Shown piece after piece: positions 43,049 through 53,245 of a DNA stretch of 64,000 bases. Source of the stretch: a virus. The DNA is taken from IMG/VR virus record IMGVR_UViG_3300005095_000173, positions 1 to 64,000 of that record, one strand, 5' to 3'. Within the stretch, counting starts at the first letter, position 1. The number at the start of each line of letters is the position of its first letter. The notes below the pieces were generated by a model, which worked only from the letters and a program-made list of their open reading frames with translations, was not told where the DNA came from and searched no databases. A program made the translations under genes and the position numbers.

Positions 43049-43833
43049 GCATTTGGGCAACACTTAGCCACAATTTCTTCAAGTCTTCGTAGTCTTTCCT
43101 CTATTGTAAGGCTTGGTTCCTGTGGTGGTTCTTCACCCTGCGTACCATGTTCAAACGCCCAGTTATTATAAACTATGTTTACATCTACATCTCTATAATT
43201 TGCAAGAATGGCGTTTGTATGACCAAATTGCCACATGATAACTTCTTTCCAATTACCTTCTGGAACAGACCAGTAATTTGTACCACCCTCAATCAGTTCA
43301 AGATAGTATTCAAATTTGGCTTTATCTAATATCTCATTTGTGAAGTAAACAGCAACCCATAGGTATTTATCTGTTAGGTAATTATATTCTTTTCTGTATC
43401 TAAGTATTTCATAACTTCCAAAATATGCTTCCCACTTTGTCTTAGAAGTGTAGATATATGTTGGCTGTTTTAGTTCGTCATCTAACTTTGTAGCCATTTC
43501 ATACAAACGTTTAATCGCCGTACCTCTACCAACAATTGCTACACCTTTATTATCTTCTACATCTAAACAAACAGTTGGCTGATAACCTAAAGTCTTTGTT
43601 GCTTTTTCAACAGCGTCCATTACAAGACTAATTTGAGCATCTACATTATAATTTGCTCTAGTATAGTGATATAAAGAAATAGGATACTCTTTGTATGTAA
43701 CTAAATTTTCTTCAAATAGTGGGTCAACATAAACGCCATCTGAAGTTCTAATTACAACTCCAGCGATTTCATCCTTTCTATTTACTATAGGCTGAGCACC
43801 TTGCCATTTAGAAACATCTAATGCTAGTTTCAT
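43045..43833 (-). CDS. GH25 muramidase endolysin
   Basis: LDVSKWQG, YHY, LDVED, IYTS, LWVA.Y, MWQF, DVDVN. Confidence 0.9.
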   Translation of the reverse strand: MKLALDVSKWQGAQPIVNRKDEIAGVVIRTSDGVYVDPLFEENLVTYKEYPISLYHYTRANYNVDAQISLVMDAVEKATKTLGYQPTVCLDVEDNKGVAIVGRGTAIKRLYEMATKLDDELKQPTYIYTSKTKWEAYFGSYEILRYRKEYNYLTDKYLWVAVYFTNEILDKAKFEYYLELIEGGTNYWSVPEGNWKEVIMWQFGHTNAILANYRDVDVNIVYNNWAFEHGTQGEEPPQEPSLTIEERLRRLEEIVAKCCPNA

Positions 43834-44471
43834 TTTATTGCCTCCTCCAATGTCATTTTTGGAAATACGTCTAATTTGCTTTCTGGAGTAGCATTTATAA
43901 TTTCCCTTCCATGTTTCGTATAATATTCGAGGGCTAATTTATATGCTAACTCACTTCTTTCTAAATTTGGTAAGTGCCATTTAGTTCCCTTACCAAAATA
44001 ATTTTTGTCAAAATGGTCTATATCTTCACTATTAGATATGACTAATTTATTATTTGGTTTTCCTTTGGCTCTAGGGTAATTGTGGTCTAATCCAATAAGA
44101 ATGACTTTTTCAAATCCCATCCAGTAAGCAATTTGTAGAGTAACATAGGTTACTGTGTGTCCTTGCCAAATTGGTTTAGTTATATCAGGTTGGAAACTTG
44201 GAATATCTGGAGTAAACTTTAGAGGAAATACTTTCTCATGCCTTCCAATACAAGGGCAGGAGAAAATCTTTTCTACTGGTTGGGATAATATTTCATCCTT
44301 GAATTGTTTTATGACTAAATCATTTACTACTACTAGCCATTTTGGCTTTAGTTCTTTCTTCAAATACCCCCTGTTCATAATAAATAATGGAAACTTATTT
44401 ACTAAATCATAATTATATTTGTTTAAAGATGGACCATTAGCCGCAATTATACACGTTTTTGTTTCCAGCAT
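43830..44471 (-). CDS. DUF115/Maf-like (sialyltransferase-like) transferase
   Basis: ANGPSL, MNR, TVTYVTLQIAYWMGF..LIGLDH, HF..NY, INAT..S.LDVF. Confidence 0.8.
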   Translation of the reverse strand: MLETKTCIIAANGPSLNKYNYDLVNKFPLFIMNRGYLKKELKPKWLVVVNDLVIKQFKDEILSQPVEKIFSCPCIGRHEKVFPLKFTPDIPSFQPDITKPIWQGHTVTYVTLQIAYWMGFEKVILIGLDHNYPRAKGKPNNKLVISNSEDIDHFDKNYFGKGTKWHLPNLERSELAYKLALEYYTKHGREIINATPESKLDVFPKMTLEEAIK

Positions 44472-45361
44472 TTTATAATCCTTTCCTCGTAAATTCTATC
44501 ATCTATCTTTAGTTTTGGTGGTATAAAGACACCACACATTATATTTTGTTTTCCATTAAATGGCAACGTATAAGTTTCTTTGCCAGGCTCTCCACCCCAT
44601 TTTTCTTTATAATATTTCTTATTCAATGGAAAATAAAAATCATTTTCTTGTTTTTTCTCTACGTCCTCTTTTATTGTTCTACTCCAGAAATGAAAATACT
44701 TTGCTCGCTGGAGTTGATACATTTTCATTCCCAATAACTGCCCCCTACGGGCGTAGTCATTGTCTTCAAAATATGCTGGATAAAAATTCACATCTACGTA
44801 TCCAACACTATTAAACCAATTTCTACTAAATAAAGATAGATTATGCGTATCTCCAATTATTTTATAATTACTTAGATTATACGCCATATCTGTAATTGGA
44901 GGTTTATAGTCCATAAATTCTGGAAAGTCATCTTTCAAAAATTTCTTTCCATACCCAAACAATCTCTGTGTGTAGGGTAATTCTCGTTTTATCTTGTCTA
45001 TGCTGATTTCTTGAGAGGATACATAATCACTTTTTGTTTTTTCAGCATGTTCAACTAAATAATCAATAGCATTTGGATAAGGTAAAACATCATTTCCCAT
45101 AATTATTACATAGTCATAATCATTCTGGACAAACCCATATTCATATATATCATTCAAAGAAGCAGGAAAACCCTTATTTTCGCTATGTATGATATATATC
45201 AAATCATTATCTCTAAATAATTCTATTGTATCTGTATCCCCTGGTTTTCCTACTACACCTATGAAATCAAATTCCGTATTTGTATTTTGGTATAAGTATT
45301 TTAATGCCATTCTTGTATATTTTACCTGTCCATAAGTTACCATTCCTACAAGTAATTTCAT
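44447..45361 (-). CDS. GT2-family glycosyltransferase
   Basis: NKGFPASLN, GNDV, VGYVDVNFYPAYFEDNDY..R, HFWS. Confidence 0.9.
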   Translation of the reverse strand: MKLLVGMVTYGQVKYTRMALKYLYQNTNTEFDFIGVVGKPGDTDTIELFRDNDLIYIIHSENKGFPASLNDIYEYGFVQNDYDYVIIMGNDVLPYPNAIDYLVEHAEKTKSDYVSSQEISIDKIKRELPYTQRLFGYGKKFLKDDFPEFMDYKPPITDMAYNLSNYKIIGDTHNLSLFSRNWFNSVGYVDVNFYPAYFEDNDYARRGQLLGMKMYQLQRAKYFHFWSRTIKEDVEKKQENDFYFPLNKKYYKEKWGGEPGKETYTLPFNGKQNIMCGVFIPPKLKIDDRIYEERIIKCWKQKRV

Positions 45362-45372
45362 AAATTACTCCT

Positions 45373-46335
45373 TTACATCCCGTAAACTATAAATGTACTT
45401 CCAGCAACAATATCACCATTATTACCATAAAATCTCATGTGAGTTACTGGGGCATCTTGACCTGTAGTAGCGCCCTCCATATACAATAAGTAATAATTTG
45501 CACCAAAAGATGATACTACTATTTTTCCATAATTCCCGATAACAACATGAGTAGCACCAAATTGCCCATTGGCACCAGACATAAATTTTGCACCTGTTAG
45601 TGTATCTGCTCCAGTATATTCACCGCTTGAGTTTCTATCCCAATATCTATGGTTAACAATGGAACTAGTATTTCCATTAAATTCTAACACTATAGTGTCA
45701 TAATTAGCAGATGTTCTAGTAGTTGCGGCATAGGAATATAGATGAATTATTTTATAATCTGATGTATCAATATCAAATTCAATAGAAGAAGCATTTTCTG
45801 TAAGCGTTATTTCATATAATTTCACCATCCCATTACCAGTATTAGATAATCTACTATCACTACCCAATACTAATTCGTTATCAGCGGCATCGCCACTTGC
45901 GGGTGGTGCATATCCTCTAACCGTATCCGCATCTAAACCACTACCTTCACCATCAACATTTTTAATTTTTGCAAGGACATCTTCATCATCATAGTCTACA
46001 ACTTTCACAAAGTCAATACTTTGCAACCCATCTAATGTATCTGCGTCAAGTCCGCTTCCATCTCCATCAACATTCTTTATCTTTGTAAGAATATCACTGT
46101 CAGATACATTACTCAAATCAACATTAGCAAAATCACTTGCTTGTTTGCCATCTACTAAATCAGCATCTAATCCACTGTCAGTACCATCTACATTTTTCAC
46201 TTTATCTAATACAGTGCTGTCTTCTACATTGGATAAATCAGTTAGCGCTAGATTATCTTTATCAGCAGAATAGATTGGGTCAGTCTCTTCTACTACTCCA
46301 CCACCGTTTGAAGGGGGTCTAACTATTTGGCTCAT
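45373..46335 (-). CDS. tail fibre protein
   Basis: three repeats of (V/I)KNVDG..SGLDAD..DG. Confidence 0.75.
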   Translation of the reverse strand: MSQIVRPPSNGGGVVEETDPIYSADKDNLALTDLSNVEDSTVLDKVKNVDGTDSGLDADLVDGKQASDFANVDLSNVSDSDILTKIKNVDGDGSGLDADTLDGLQSIDFVKVVDYDDEDVLAKIKNVDGEGSGLDADTVRGYAPPASGDAADNELVLGSDSRLSNTGNGMVKLYEITLTENASSIEFDIDTSDYKIIHLYSYAATTRTSANYDTIVLEFNGNTSSIVNHRYWDRNSSGEYTGADTLTGAKFMSGANGQFGATHVVIGNYGKIVVSSFGANYYLLYMEGATTGQDAPVTHMRFYGNNGDIVAGSTFIVYGM

Positions 46336-46348
46336 GTCTCACTCTCCT

Positions 46349-46630
46349 TTACTTTAGAACTGTTACATGAATAATAGTATTTCCGTTTAGTGTTATAATG
46401 TTTGTATTAGAAATATCAAGAATTAATGTACTACCAGAAGCAACTATAATATTTTGTAAGTCTTGGCTACCAAAACTAAAAGTATCGTCACCTTGAATAA
46501 ATACCTCTATGCACTCTTCATTAGGTAACGTATAAGTACCATTTAGAGTTACATCATAAGAATGTATCTCATCGGCCTTTTCAATTGCTACTGGAGCATT
46601 TCCGTAAACATCTTTGTAAATAATAGTCAT
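46349..46630 (-). CDS. hypothetical virion-associated protein
   Basis: beta-rich, in tail module. Confidence 0.6.
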   Translation of the reverse strand: MTIIYKDVYGNAPVAIEKADEIHSYDVTLNGTYTLPNEECIEVFIQGDDTFSFGSQDLQNIIVASGSTLILDISNTNIITLNGNTIIHVTVLK

Positions 46631-46920
46631 TTCTCTTCTCCTCTATGAATAGATTTTATTGCTTTATGTCTTGCGGCTCTATTCAGTAAAATTCCAGCAA
46701 ATATCGAAACTGAAAATAGTAAAGCATAACTAAGTGTTATCAATACCAATATATATTCATATTGTGGTAATGAAAAGTTTTTTGTTATTTCTATTACTAT
46801 AATAAATATAAATGTGCAAACTAATGCTAAAGCAATTTTCATACGTTTCTCATCTACTAGTATTCCAACTAGAATACCAATTATAATGAGATAGAACATG
46901 CTATCTGCAAAGTTATTCAT
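46627..46920 (-). CDS. 3-TM membrane protein (holin candidate)
   Basis: three hydrophobic segments, basic C-tail. Confidence 0.55.
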   Translation of the reverse strand: MNNFADSMFYLIIIGILVGILVDEKRMKIALALVCTFIFIIVIEITKNFSLPQYEYILVLITLSYALLFSVSIFAGILLNRAARHKAIKSIHRGEEK

Positions 46921-47146
46921 CGTCTTTCTCCTCACCGAACACGATTTTCTTAGGTAGATTATCTCTTAAAATAATCCCCTGCGTCTTTGAAATGTAACTC
47001 AACATTACTTTCATCTCTTTTAGTAACTCTTCAATCTTCTTTAGTTCAACTAAGAGAATGTAGATAAGGACGATTGCCACTATCACAGCAAACGCCTCGT
47101 TTGATTTTGTTACTTCATGTAATACTTCTATGAAAAAATTGTCCAT
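46913..47146 (-). CDS. single-TM coiled-coil protein (holin-like candidate)
   Basis: TM plus coiled coil. Confidence 0.55.
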   Translation of the reverse strand: MDNFFIEVLHEVTKSNEAFAVIVAIVLIYILLVELKKIEELLKEMKVMLSYISKTQGIILRDNLPKKIVFGEEKDDE

Positions 47147-47159
47147 TATCTACCTCTTA

Positions 47160-47993
47160 TTATTTATAAGTATAAGATATTTCAGGGTCACAATTTACCC
47201 TAAACGTTTTTACCAAAATTTTTATTGGTGATATTTCTCCACTATTGTCAACAGTAATTGCGGCAATACCTACATGCGTAGGATAGTTCTCCATATAGGG
47301 CATATCTTCATAACTATTTGGAGTTGGTTCATTATTCCATAATTCTCCAGTATGTGACCCAGCAACAGATAAATAATAGTTACCATCATCAATTAGTTTT
47401 CCACGTATATTTGGAGAATCGTAAAATAGATACCAACTTATATAATCTTGTTCTATTGCATCTCCGCTGTATCCGCCAGCAACGAGTAAAACATTTTCAT
47501 ATTCGGTAAGAACAAATCCTGCTACCCAAAGTTCACCCGTATTTTCATTAAAGAATGCTGGACCAATCGCTACTTCTGAACCAGTTGCATCTAATTCTTT
47601 TCTATCGGACATTACTTGTATATGTGTGACAATAGTAATATCTCCAGAAGTTTGTGATAGAGGATACAATATTCCCCCATGTGTCCAGTTATCTGTTCCT
47701 ACATTACCACCAAGCCCACTTACCGTAATTAGAATTCCTCTAGAATTCAAATACTCATAAGTTACTTCAGTACCACTTGCTAAAATTATACCATCAAATA
47801 TTTCATTTGGATAATATTCCTTTACTATATCACAGTTATCATTTGGTGCTAGTAAAGGATTACAAGCATAAATATCATTTAGATAATCGGCAGAATTATC
47901 CAATGTATCCAAGTTATTATTAAACGTATCCCCCCAATTCTCCTCACCAATTGCTGGTTTATAGAGAGATAATCTTGTGGTGTTTTCACCCAT
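47160..47993 (-). CDS. tail/receptor-binding-like protein
   Basis: TT.L.LYKP....WG...N.N.D.LD N-terminus typical of fibre proteins. Confidence 0.65.
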   Translation of the reverse strand: MGENTTRLSLYKPAIGEENWGDTFNNNLDTLDNSADYLNDIYACNPLLAPNDNCDIVKEYYPNEIFDGIILASGTEVTYEYLNSRGILITVSGLGGNVGTDNWTHGGILYPLSQTSGDITIVTHIQVMSDRKELDATGSEVAIGPAFFNENTGELWVAGFVLTEYENVLLVAGGYSGDAIEQDYISWYLFYDSPNIRGKLIDDGNYYLSVAGSHTGELWNNEPTPNSYEDMPYMENYPTHVGIAAITVDNSGEISPIKILVKTFRVNCDPEISYTYK

Positions 47994-48003
47994 TTATTTC
48001 CTC

Positions 48004-48735
48004 CTACAACCCGTATGGATTAGTACCGTAAGGTGAAGTACCATATCCAACAGCAGTATCTTTCATTGCAAAGTAATTTATTATAAATACGTCTGTATCT
48101 GTATAATCAACGTCCAATAAAACTGTGCTTCCAGAATAAGTTACATCATCACCAGGTAACAACATAATTCCATTTTTATAAACTCCAGCAAGTTTATAAA
48201 TTTCCCGCTGTAGTTCTATATTATCAGAAGTCAATCCAGAATAAATTTCTTGCGTGAACTCTGGAGAATACACATAAGCATTATCACCAGCAACAGTAAC
48301 TACTACATCTCCAGAAAAATCAATGTTACGAATACCTGAGCCAATTACTTCCCCATTGAAAGAAATGGATTCAATTCCCCCTATTCCATTGTCTTCTATA
48401 TAAGTAATTCTTGTATCTAAATTATCAATGTCTGTATTGATATTAGAAATATCTGAATGTATATCTAATATAGAATTCTCATTAGATTTTATTCTGTAAC
48501 GAATTCTATTAAGATTTGTAAGTAAACTGTTGCCAGATTCAAGTACAGTATTATCTTCTGCTTCGGTAGTATCAAAGGCTACTCTTGTTTGTGGTAATTG
48601 CCCTATAAATCCGCCTGGAGGGCCACCAATACCACCATCTTCACCCGATACTCCACCAAGAAATAATGGCCTCGCAAGTATTTCTCGTTTTACATTATCA
48701 ATCAGTTGTGGTATTACGGATTCTAAATTTCTCAT
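48004..48735 (-). CDS. virion structural protein
   Basis: coiled coil, VYKNG..L..G.D, C-terminal GYG..PYG..PYG. Confidence 0.65.
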   Translation of the reverse strand: MRNLESVIPQLIDNVKREILARPLFLGGVSGEDGGIGGPPGGFIGQLPQTRVAFDTTEAEDNTVLESGNSLLTNLNRIRYRIKSNENSILDIHSDISNINTDIDNLDTRITYIEDNGIGGIESISFNGEVIGSGIRNIDFSGDVVVTVAGDNAYVYSPEFTQEIYSGLTSDNIELQREIYKLAGVYKNGIMLLPGDDVTYSGSTVLLDVDYTDTDVFIINYFAMKDTAVGYGTSPYGTNPYGL

Positions 48736-51700
48736 AAGTCATCATCCACTGCTATATAGTATATTGTATCAAATTCAAAATCTAAAAGATTTTCTGTTAC
48801 ATCATCAAAACTTGTGAGACCAAGATAATTTTCATACACGACGTCTTTCCCGTTGCTTAGGAACATCTTTGGATAAGTTTCATTGTATTTCATGGTGTAA
48901 TTAGTAACTTCTAATACCAGCCCAGAAATTGGTATTTCAACTGTTCCGCTGGCTATTGTATAGTATTCATTATTAATTATATCATAAGTATCTGCTACCG
49001 TGAGAATTTCATTATTAGATGCAATAGCAAATGTCTTTCTCTGGAAAGTTTCTTCATCAGAATTTATTTCACTTTCTCTTGGAAAAGTTACTAGATTGAA
49101 ATTGTTATTTACAACGGTCTCATTGTTCACTGAATTAGTACCATAATAAGTTGGACTTGGTTCTTCTGGATATAGATAGATTGCTGATTTCCCAGCGACT
49201 ACGTGATAGGGTCCTGGAAGAGATAATAATTTAGTTACTTCTTTACTTTCTGAGTCAACATGATATAACTTCCAACCAGAATCACCAAGACATTGAAATT
49301 TTGATGGGATAATTATTTGCATCCTCCAATTACCATAGTAATATCCATACTTAATCATTCCATCTATAAATTTATAAAAACTGCCCCTAATAACTGGAAC
49401 TTGTATCCCAGTTCCAATCGCTGTAAGATAGTAATTTCCATTTTCGTCTGTGTCTAAATATAATATTTTGTCTGTATCAAATCCTTTAACATCTTTATAA
49501 TCTTCTGAGTCTATTCCACCATGTTCAAAAATTACATTCCCAGATTTGTCGTATATTTTAGTGAAACCGTCTTTGCATATCACTTCTATATAGACCTTGC
49601 CGTCAGATGTATATACATTGAAAAGAGAAATATTTTCTGAACTGCATGTTGATTCAAGAGCATTTGTCAACCATACCATGTTATCTTCATGTAGTTGACC
49701 TGTGTTTAAATCTAGAGTAAATCCGCGGTCATCTGTAATTATCAAACTATTTATAACATGTAATTTATTATTATCTCTATCGAATACAGCATTATCCACA
49801 TAATTCATGAGATATTCATTTACATATGAAAGTCTATATGAACCATCTCTATTGAAATAGTCAATTATGAAGTGATTATCTCCGTCACCTCCGACATCCA
49901 TGTATCCAACCCAAGCAATAAAATGACCATTTTTTCCACCAATTCCACAGCCATCAGTTCCATAGGCATCATCATCTGCACGGGCAATCTCATTTTGATA
50001 TTTTATTTCCATCCAATCAACATCTATCAGATAATATTCATAAACAATTTCATCAGTAATTGAAGTCTCTGAAATAATCCCTATCTCGTTTCCTTGCATA
50101 GTTGATTTTATTTGATAAGATACTTTTGATTGTATTTCAATACTATCAACAATTTCCAAATTCTCTGTGTTTACTTTATATAAAATAGCAACGTCATTGT
50201 TTGTAATTATTGGGTATACATATTGTCCAGTTTTAGATAAATGAACATTTACAACCGTGTATCCACTATCAGTAGTTAGTGTTACACTTTCTACTGTTCC
50301 ATCATTTCCTTTTCTATATAATACATTACCAAGAACATAATAATGATAACCACAATATGAAGCAACAACCATAGATGGGATGGAAATAGTTATATAATCA
50401 ACATCACGAGAATAAGTTGAAATAAAATTAGACCTTGGAGACCAACGGTTACCCGTAAGCATATAATCGCCATCTTGTGGGAGTTCACCAAATAACCACC
50501 CAAATATTGGGGAATAAACACTTTCTGAATCATCTCTTGCCACATAAGCAACATAATCTAAAGCATCTAAATCAAATACCTCACCGCCACTCGCAGTTAT
50601 TACTGTATTGAGATTTCCCCAGACATCATATTCTACTATTTGATATTCTTCTTCATCCTCAAAATTATATGCTACATAAATATTTCCGTTAGAAATACCA
50701 GTAGAAATTGCTTTACCACTATAAGTAATTGGCGTCCAATAGTTATAAATTACTTGCGTATGATAAGCATTTCCACCAGAAGTTACAGTAGTAAGTATTC
50801 CATTGCTAACTTTAACCTGTAGAGTATCTCTATCATCTTCTGGTAGCCCAGCATTATAATCATACCATTGATAAGGGTCTCCAGAATTTGTAATCATTAA
50901 TTTTCTATAAATTCCATTATTTGTTGCTACATAAACATAATCTGTACCCCAACCCCAGTATGCAAATAATCTTGGGCAAAATTCGTCAAATATCAGAGTT
51001 TCAATAGCACCTTTTTGAGATACTTCCTTAGTATAGGAAGTTAACATTGCAAATCCTTTATAGAATGGTAAATCTATAAAGGCTGTGTCTCCCAGTTTCA
51101 TTCCACTTACCCCATCATAGGTAAGTGTCTTTGTGTCTAATATATGAGAAAATTCATCTAGGGCTTTAGTAGCAATGCTGTATGCTGTTCCAACAGTTGG
51201 AATATTTGAGTTTGCTATTACAACAGTTCTTTTATCTCTACCATCAATATCCCAATTTGTAGGCTTACTAACATCAGCATATACCCACAATTGTCTTTCT
51301 GGGATTGTACTCCCCCACACAACAACTCTATTTCTAAGAATAGAATCATCCTTATTTCTTGTGAAACTAAGTGCTCTGTTTATATGTTTGTAATTTGTTC
51401 TACTGGCTTCGAGAGAACCTATAACAATATTTCCTACTTCGTCTGTTCTCATATACCAGCCAGCAAGTTGTAGCAAGGAAACTAATTGCTCCTTTAGCGT
51501 TGTCATCCCTAAAGAAGTATTATTAGATAAATACCCACCACTATCTGGAGTAGTAAATACTACTGTACCCCCCGCTTCAGTAATAAATTTCTCAATCCAA
51601 TACCTGGGAGTAGATGGATAATCTACGATATAGTTATCAGCAATGAAGTAATCTCTAATTCGCTTCATATCAGAAGCGGTTACATTTAGTGTATCATTTG

Positions 51701-51923
51701 GTACTGAACGAGAGATACTATCTATATAAAATGTTTTTACTAAATTTCCATACTCATATATCTTGATTGTATCAAAGATATTAAAACTACTATACTCAAC
51801 TACTTCTAAATTTATCGTTTCCTCGCCATCACAGATAGAAGCAGTCCTCGAAAATGATATTACATGCTTTGTAATATCAATATCATTATGTAGAATTTTA
51901 TAAGCCTCTCCTATTATTAACAT
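48732..51923 (-). CDS. large tail tip/hub protein with beta-propeller-like C-terminus
   Basis: N-terminal hub-like region (LRNRVVVWG) paralogous to the upstream gene; beta-rich remainder. Confidence 0.7.
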   Translation of the reverse strand: MLIIGEAYKILHNDIDITKHVISFSRTASICDGEETINLEVVEYSSFNIFDTIKIYEYGNLVKTFYIDSISRSVPNDTLNVTASDMKRIRDYFIADNYIVDYPSTPRYWIEKFITEAGGTVVFTTPDSGGYLSNNTSLGMTTLKEQLVSLLQLAGWYMRTDEVGNIVIGSLEASRTNYKHINRALSFTRNKDDSILRNRVVVWGSTIPERQLWVYADVSKPTNWDIDGRDKRTVVIANSNIPTVGTAYSIATKALDEFSHILDTKTLTYDGVSGMKLGDTAFIDLPFYKGFAMLTSYTKEVSQKGAIETLIFDEFCPRLFAYWGWGTDYVYVATNNGIYRKLMITNSGDPYQWYDYNAGLPEDDRDTLQVKVSNGILTTVTSGGNAYHTQVIYNYWTPITYSGKAISTGISNGNIYVAYNFEDEEEYQIVEYDVWGNLNTVITASGGEVFDLDALDYVAYVARDDSESVYSPIFGWLFGELPQDGDYMLTGNRWSPRSNFISTYSRDVDYITISIPSMVVASYCGYHYYVLGNVLYRKGNDGTVESVTLTTDSGYTVVNVHLSKTGQYVYPIITNNDVAILYKVNTENLEIVDSIEIQSKVSYQIKSTMQGNEIGIISETSITDEIVYEYYLIDVDWMEIKYQNEIARADDDAYGTDGCGIGGKNGHFIAWVGYMDVGGDGDNHFIIDYFNRDGSYRLSYVNEYLMNYVDNAVFDRDNNKLHVINSLIITDDRGFTLDLNTGQLHEDNMVWLTNALESTCSSENISLFNVYTSDGKVYIEVICKDGFTKIYDKSGNVIFEHGGIDSEDYKDVKGFDTDKILYLDTDENGNYYLTAIGTGIQVPVIRGSFYKFIDGMIKYGYYYGNWRMQIIIPSKFQCLGDSGWKLYHVDSESKEVTKLLSLPGPYHVVAGKSAIYLYPEEPSPTYYGTNSVNNETVVNNNFNLVTFPRESEINSDEETFQRKTFAIASNNEILTVADTYDIINNEYYTIASGTVEIPISGLVLEVTNYTMKYNETYPKMFLSNGKDVVYENYLGLTSFDDVTENLLDFEFDTIYYIAVDDDL

Positions 51924-51925
51924 GT

Positions 51926-52888
51926 TTATCTCCTCAAGGTTACGTCTTGGATAAACCCTGTATTACCAAATCGTGTTTCCATTGCATACACCAGCCATTT
52001 TGAATTTAGTTCATCTGGTAGATTTGGATTATTTAGTTCAATTACATCCAATGGATACAACTCTGGTATTCCCTCAATTGTTATCATTAGTTCTTCTGTA
52101 AGTTTGTTTAGTTTATCAAGGTTATAGTCAGCAGACTTTTGTGCAAAAGTTTGATCATCAATATATGGACTTGATAGAACAACAGACTTATAAAACCCAG
52201 TAGGAAGATATGGTGAATCTGCCTTCGCCTCAGCATACACACCATTTCCATAAACTACAATTCTATTACGCAAGTCCCTATCTGAAATAGTATAAGGACT
52301 AACAGCCAATACAGTATTTCCTATTGTTAACTTTGCTACATCATCATCTACGATATAAGGTTTTCTATCTACAAACCAAACTTTTCCGTCTTTATCAGCA
52401 TAGATATGCCAAGCAAGCAAATCAGCAATCCCGTGGACAAAATCATACGCCCCTGTGAGATTTACTTCTCCCTCACCATTTACACCAAAAGTAAAATAAG
52501 TAGTCTCATACCCATAGTTAGTAATCCCAGCCATAGAAAGAACATCACCAACTAAGGCTTCTGCTGAAATGTTTTTTATCTTGTATGCTGTATCTGGAGT
52601 AGACGAAGCAATAAAATAATCCACCGCTCTTATTAGTTCATCATACAAGGTAATTGTATAAGTTCTACTTGGAATATTGAATGAAATTTGTTTTACGTAT
52701 CCTGTAAATACTCTCTCAAGATTTCCATCATACCCAGCACGAACTTCTATTTTATTCCCAATTGAAAGATTGTGGTCAATACATTCAAAGGAGAGTGTAT
52801 ATGCACCCCCATCATACCCTCCTGAGAATGTATAAGAAATTATTGAATCAACGTAATCAGCTTCTAATTCCAAATGTTTTACAGTCAT
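51926..52888 (-). CDS. baseplate hub/tail protein
   Basis: AGYDG...VFTGYV, LRNRIVVYG. Confidence 0.7.
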   Translation of the reverse strand: MTVKHLELEADYVDSIISYTFSGGYDGGAYTLSFECIDHNLSIGNKIEVRAGYDGNLERVFTGYVKQISFNIPSRTYTITLYDELIRAVDYFIASSTPDTAYKIKNISAEALVGDVLSMAGITNYGYETTYFTFGVNGEGEVNLTGAYDFVHGIADLLAWHIYADKDGKVWFVDRKPYIVDDDVAKLTIGNTVLAVSPYTISDRDLRNRIVVYGNGVYAEAKADSPYLPTGFYKSVVLSSPYIDDQTFAQKSADYNLDKLNKLTEELMITIEGIPELYPLDVIELNNPNLPDELNSKWLVYAMETRFGNTGFIQDVTLRR

Positions 52889-53244
52889 TGCTCTATAGCC
52901 TCAAATGAAAATTTGAATACTGGGTCAGTACAATCATGTGTTGGATCAAAAGTTTGGGCAATTGTATTCTCCCAATCGTATTCAAAATTCTGAACTAACA
53001 CATTTCTAACAAATCCTTGATTTCCAGATAGCAAAACTGGAAGCCCAGAATTTACTACATTAACTAATGCTTCTTCAGTGTCCAAGCCAACAAATCTTCC
53101 AGTTATGGAATATTTTCTAGACTTGGCTCCAAACACATGCACAGTAGATTCTGTGTTACCAATTGGATTTAGTTCAGCAGATATTAGTTCTTTCTTTGGT
53201 TTTACACCGTCAACAAAAATTCTTATTCCATTTAGTGTCCACAT
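52885..53244 (-). CDS. distal tail-like protein
   Basis: directly downstream of tape measure. Confidence 0.6.
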   Translation of the reverse strand: MWTLNGIRIFVDGVKPKKELISAELNPIGNTESTVHVFGAKSRKYSITGRFVGLDTEEALVNVVNSGLPVLLSGNQGFVRNVLVQNFEYDWENTIAQTFDPTHDCTDPVFKFSFEAIEQ

Positions 53245-53245
53245 A

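Noticed and set aside
45373-46335. Tail fibre repeats as a DGR or invertible cassette
   Set aside because: In-frame SGLDAD protein repeats are common in fibres; no reverse transcriptase, invertase or TR/VR pair was seen.
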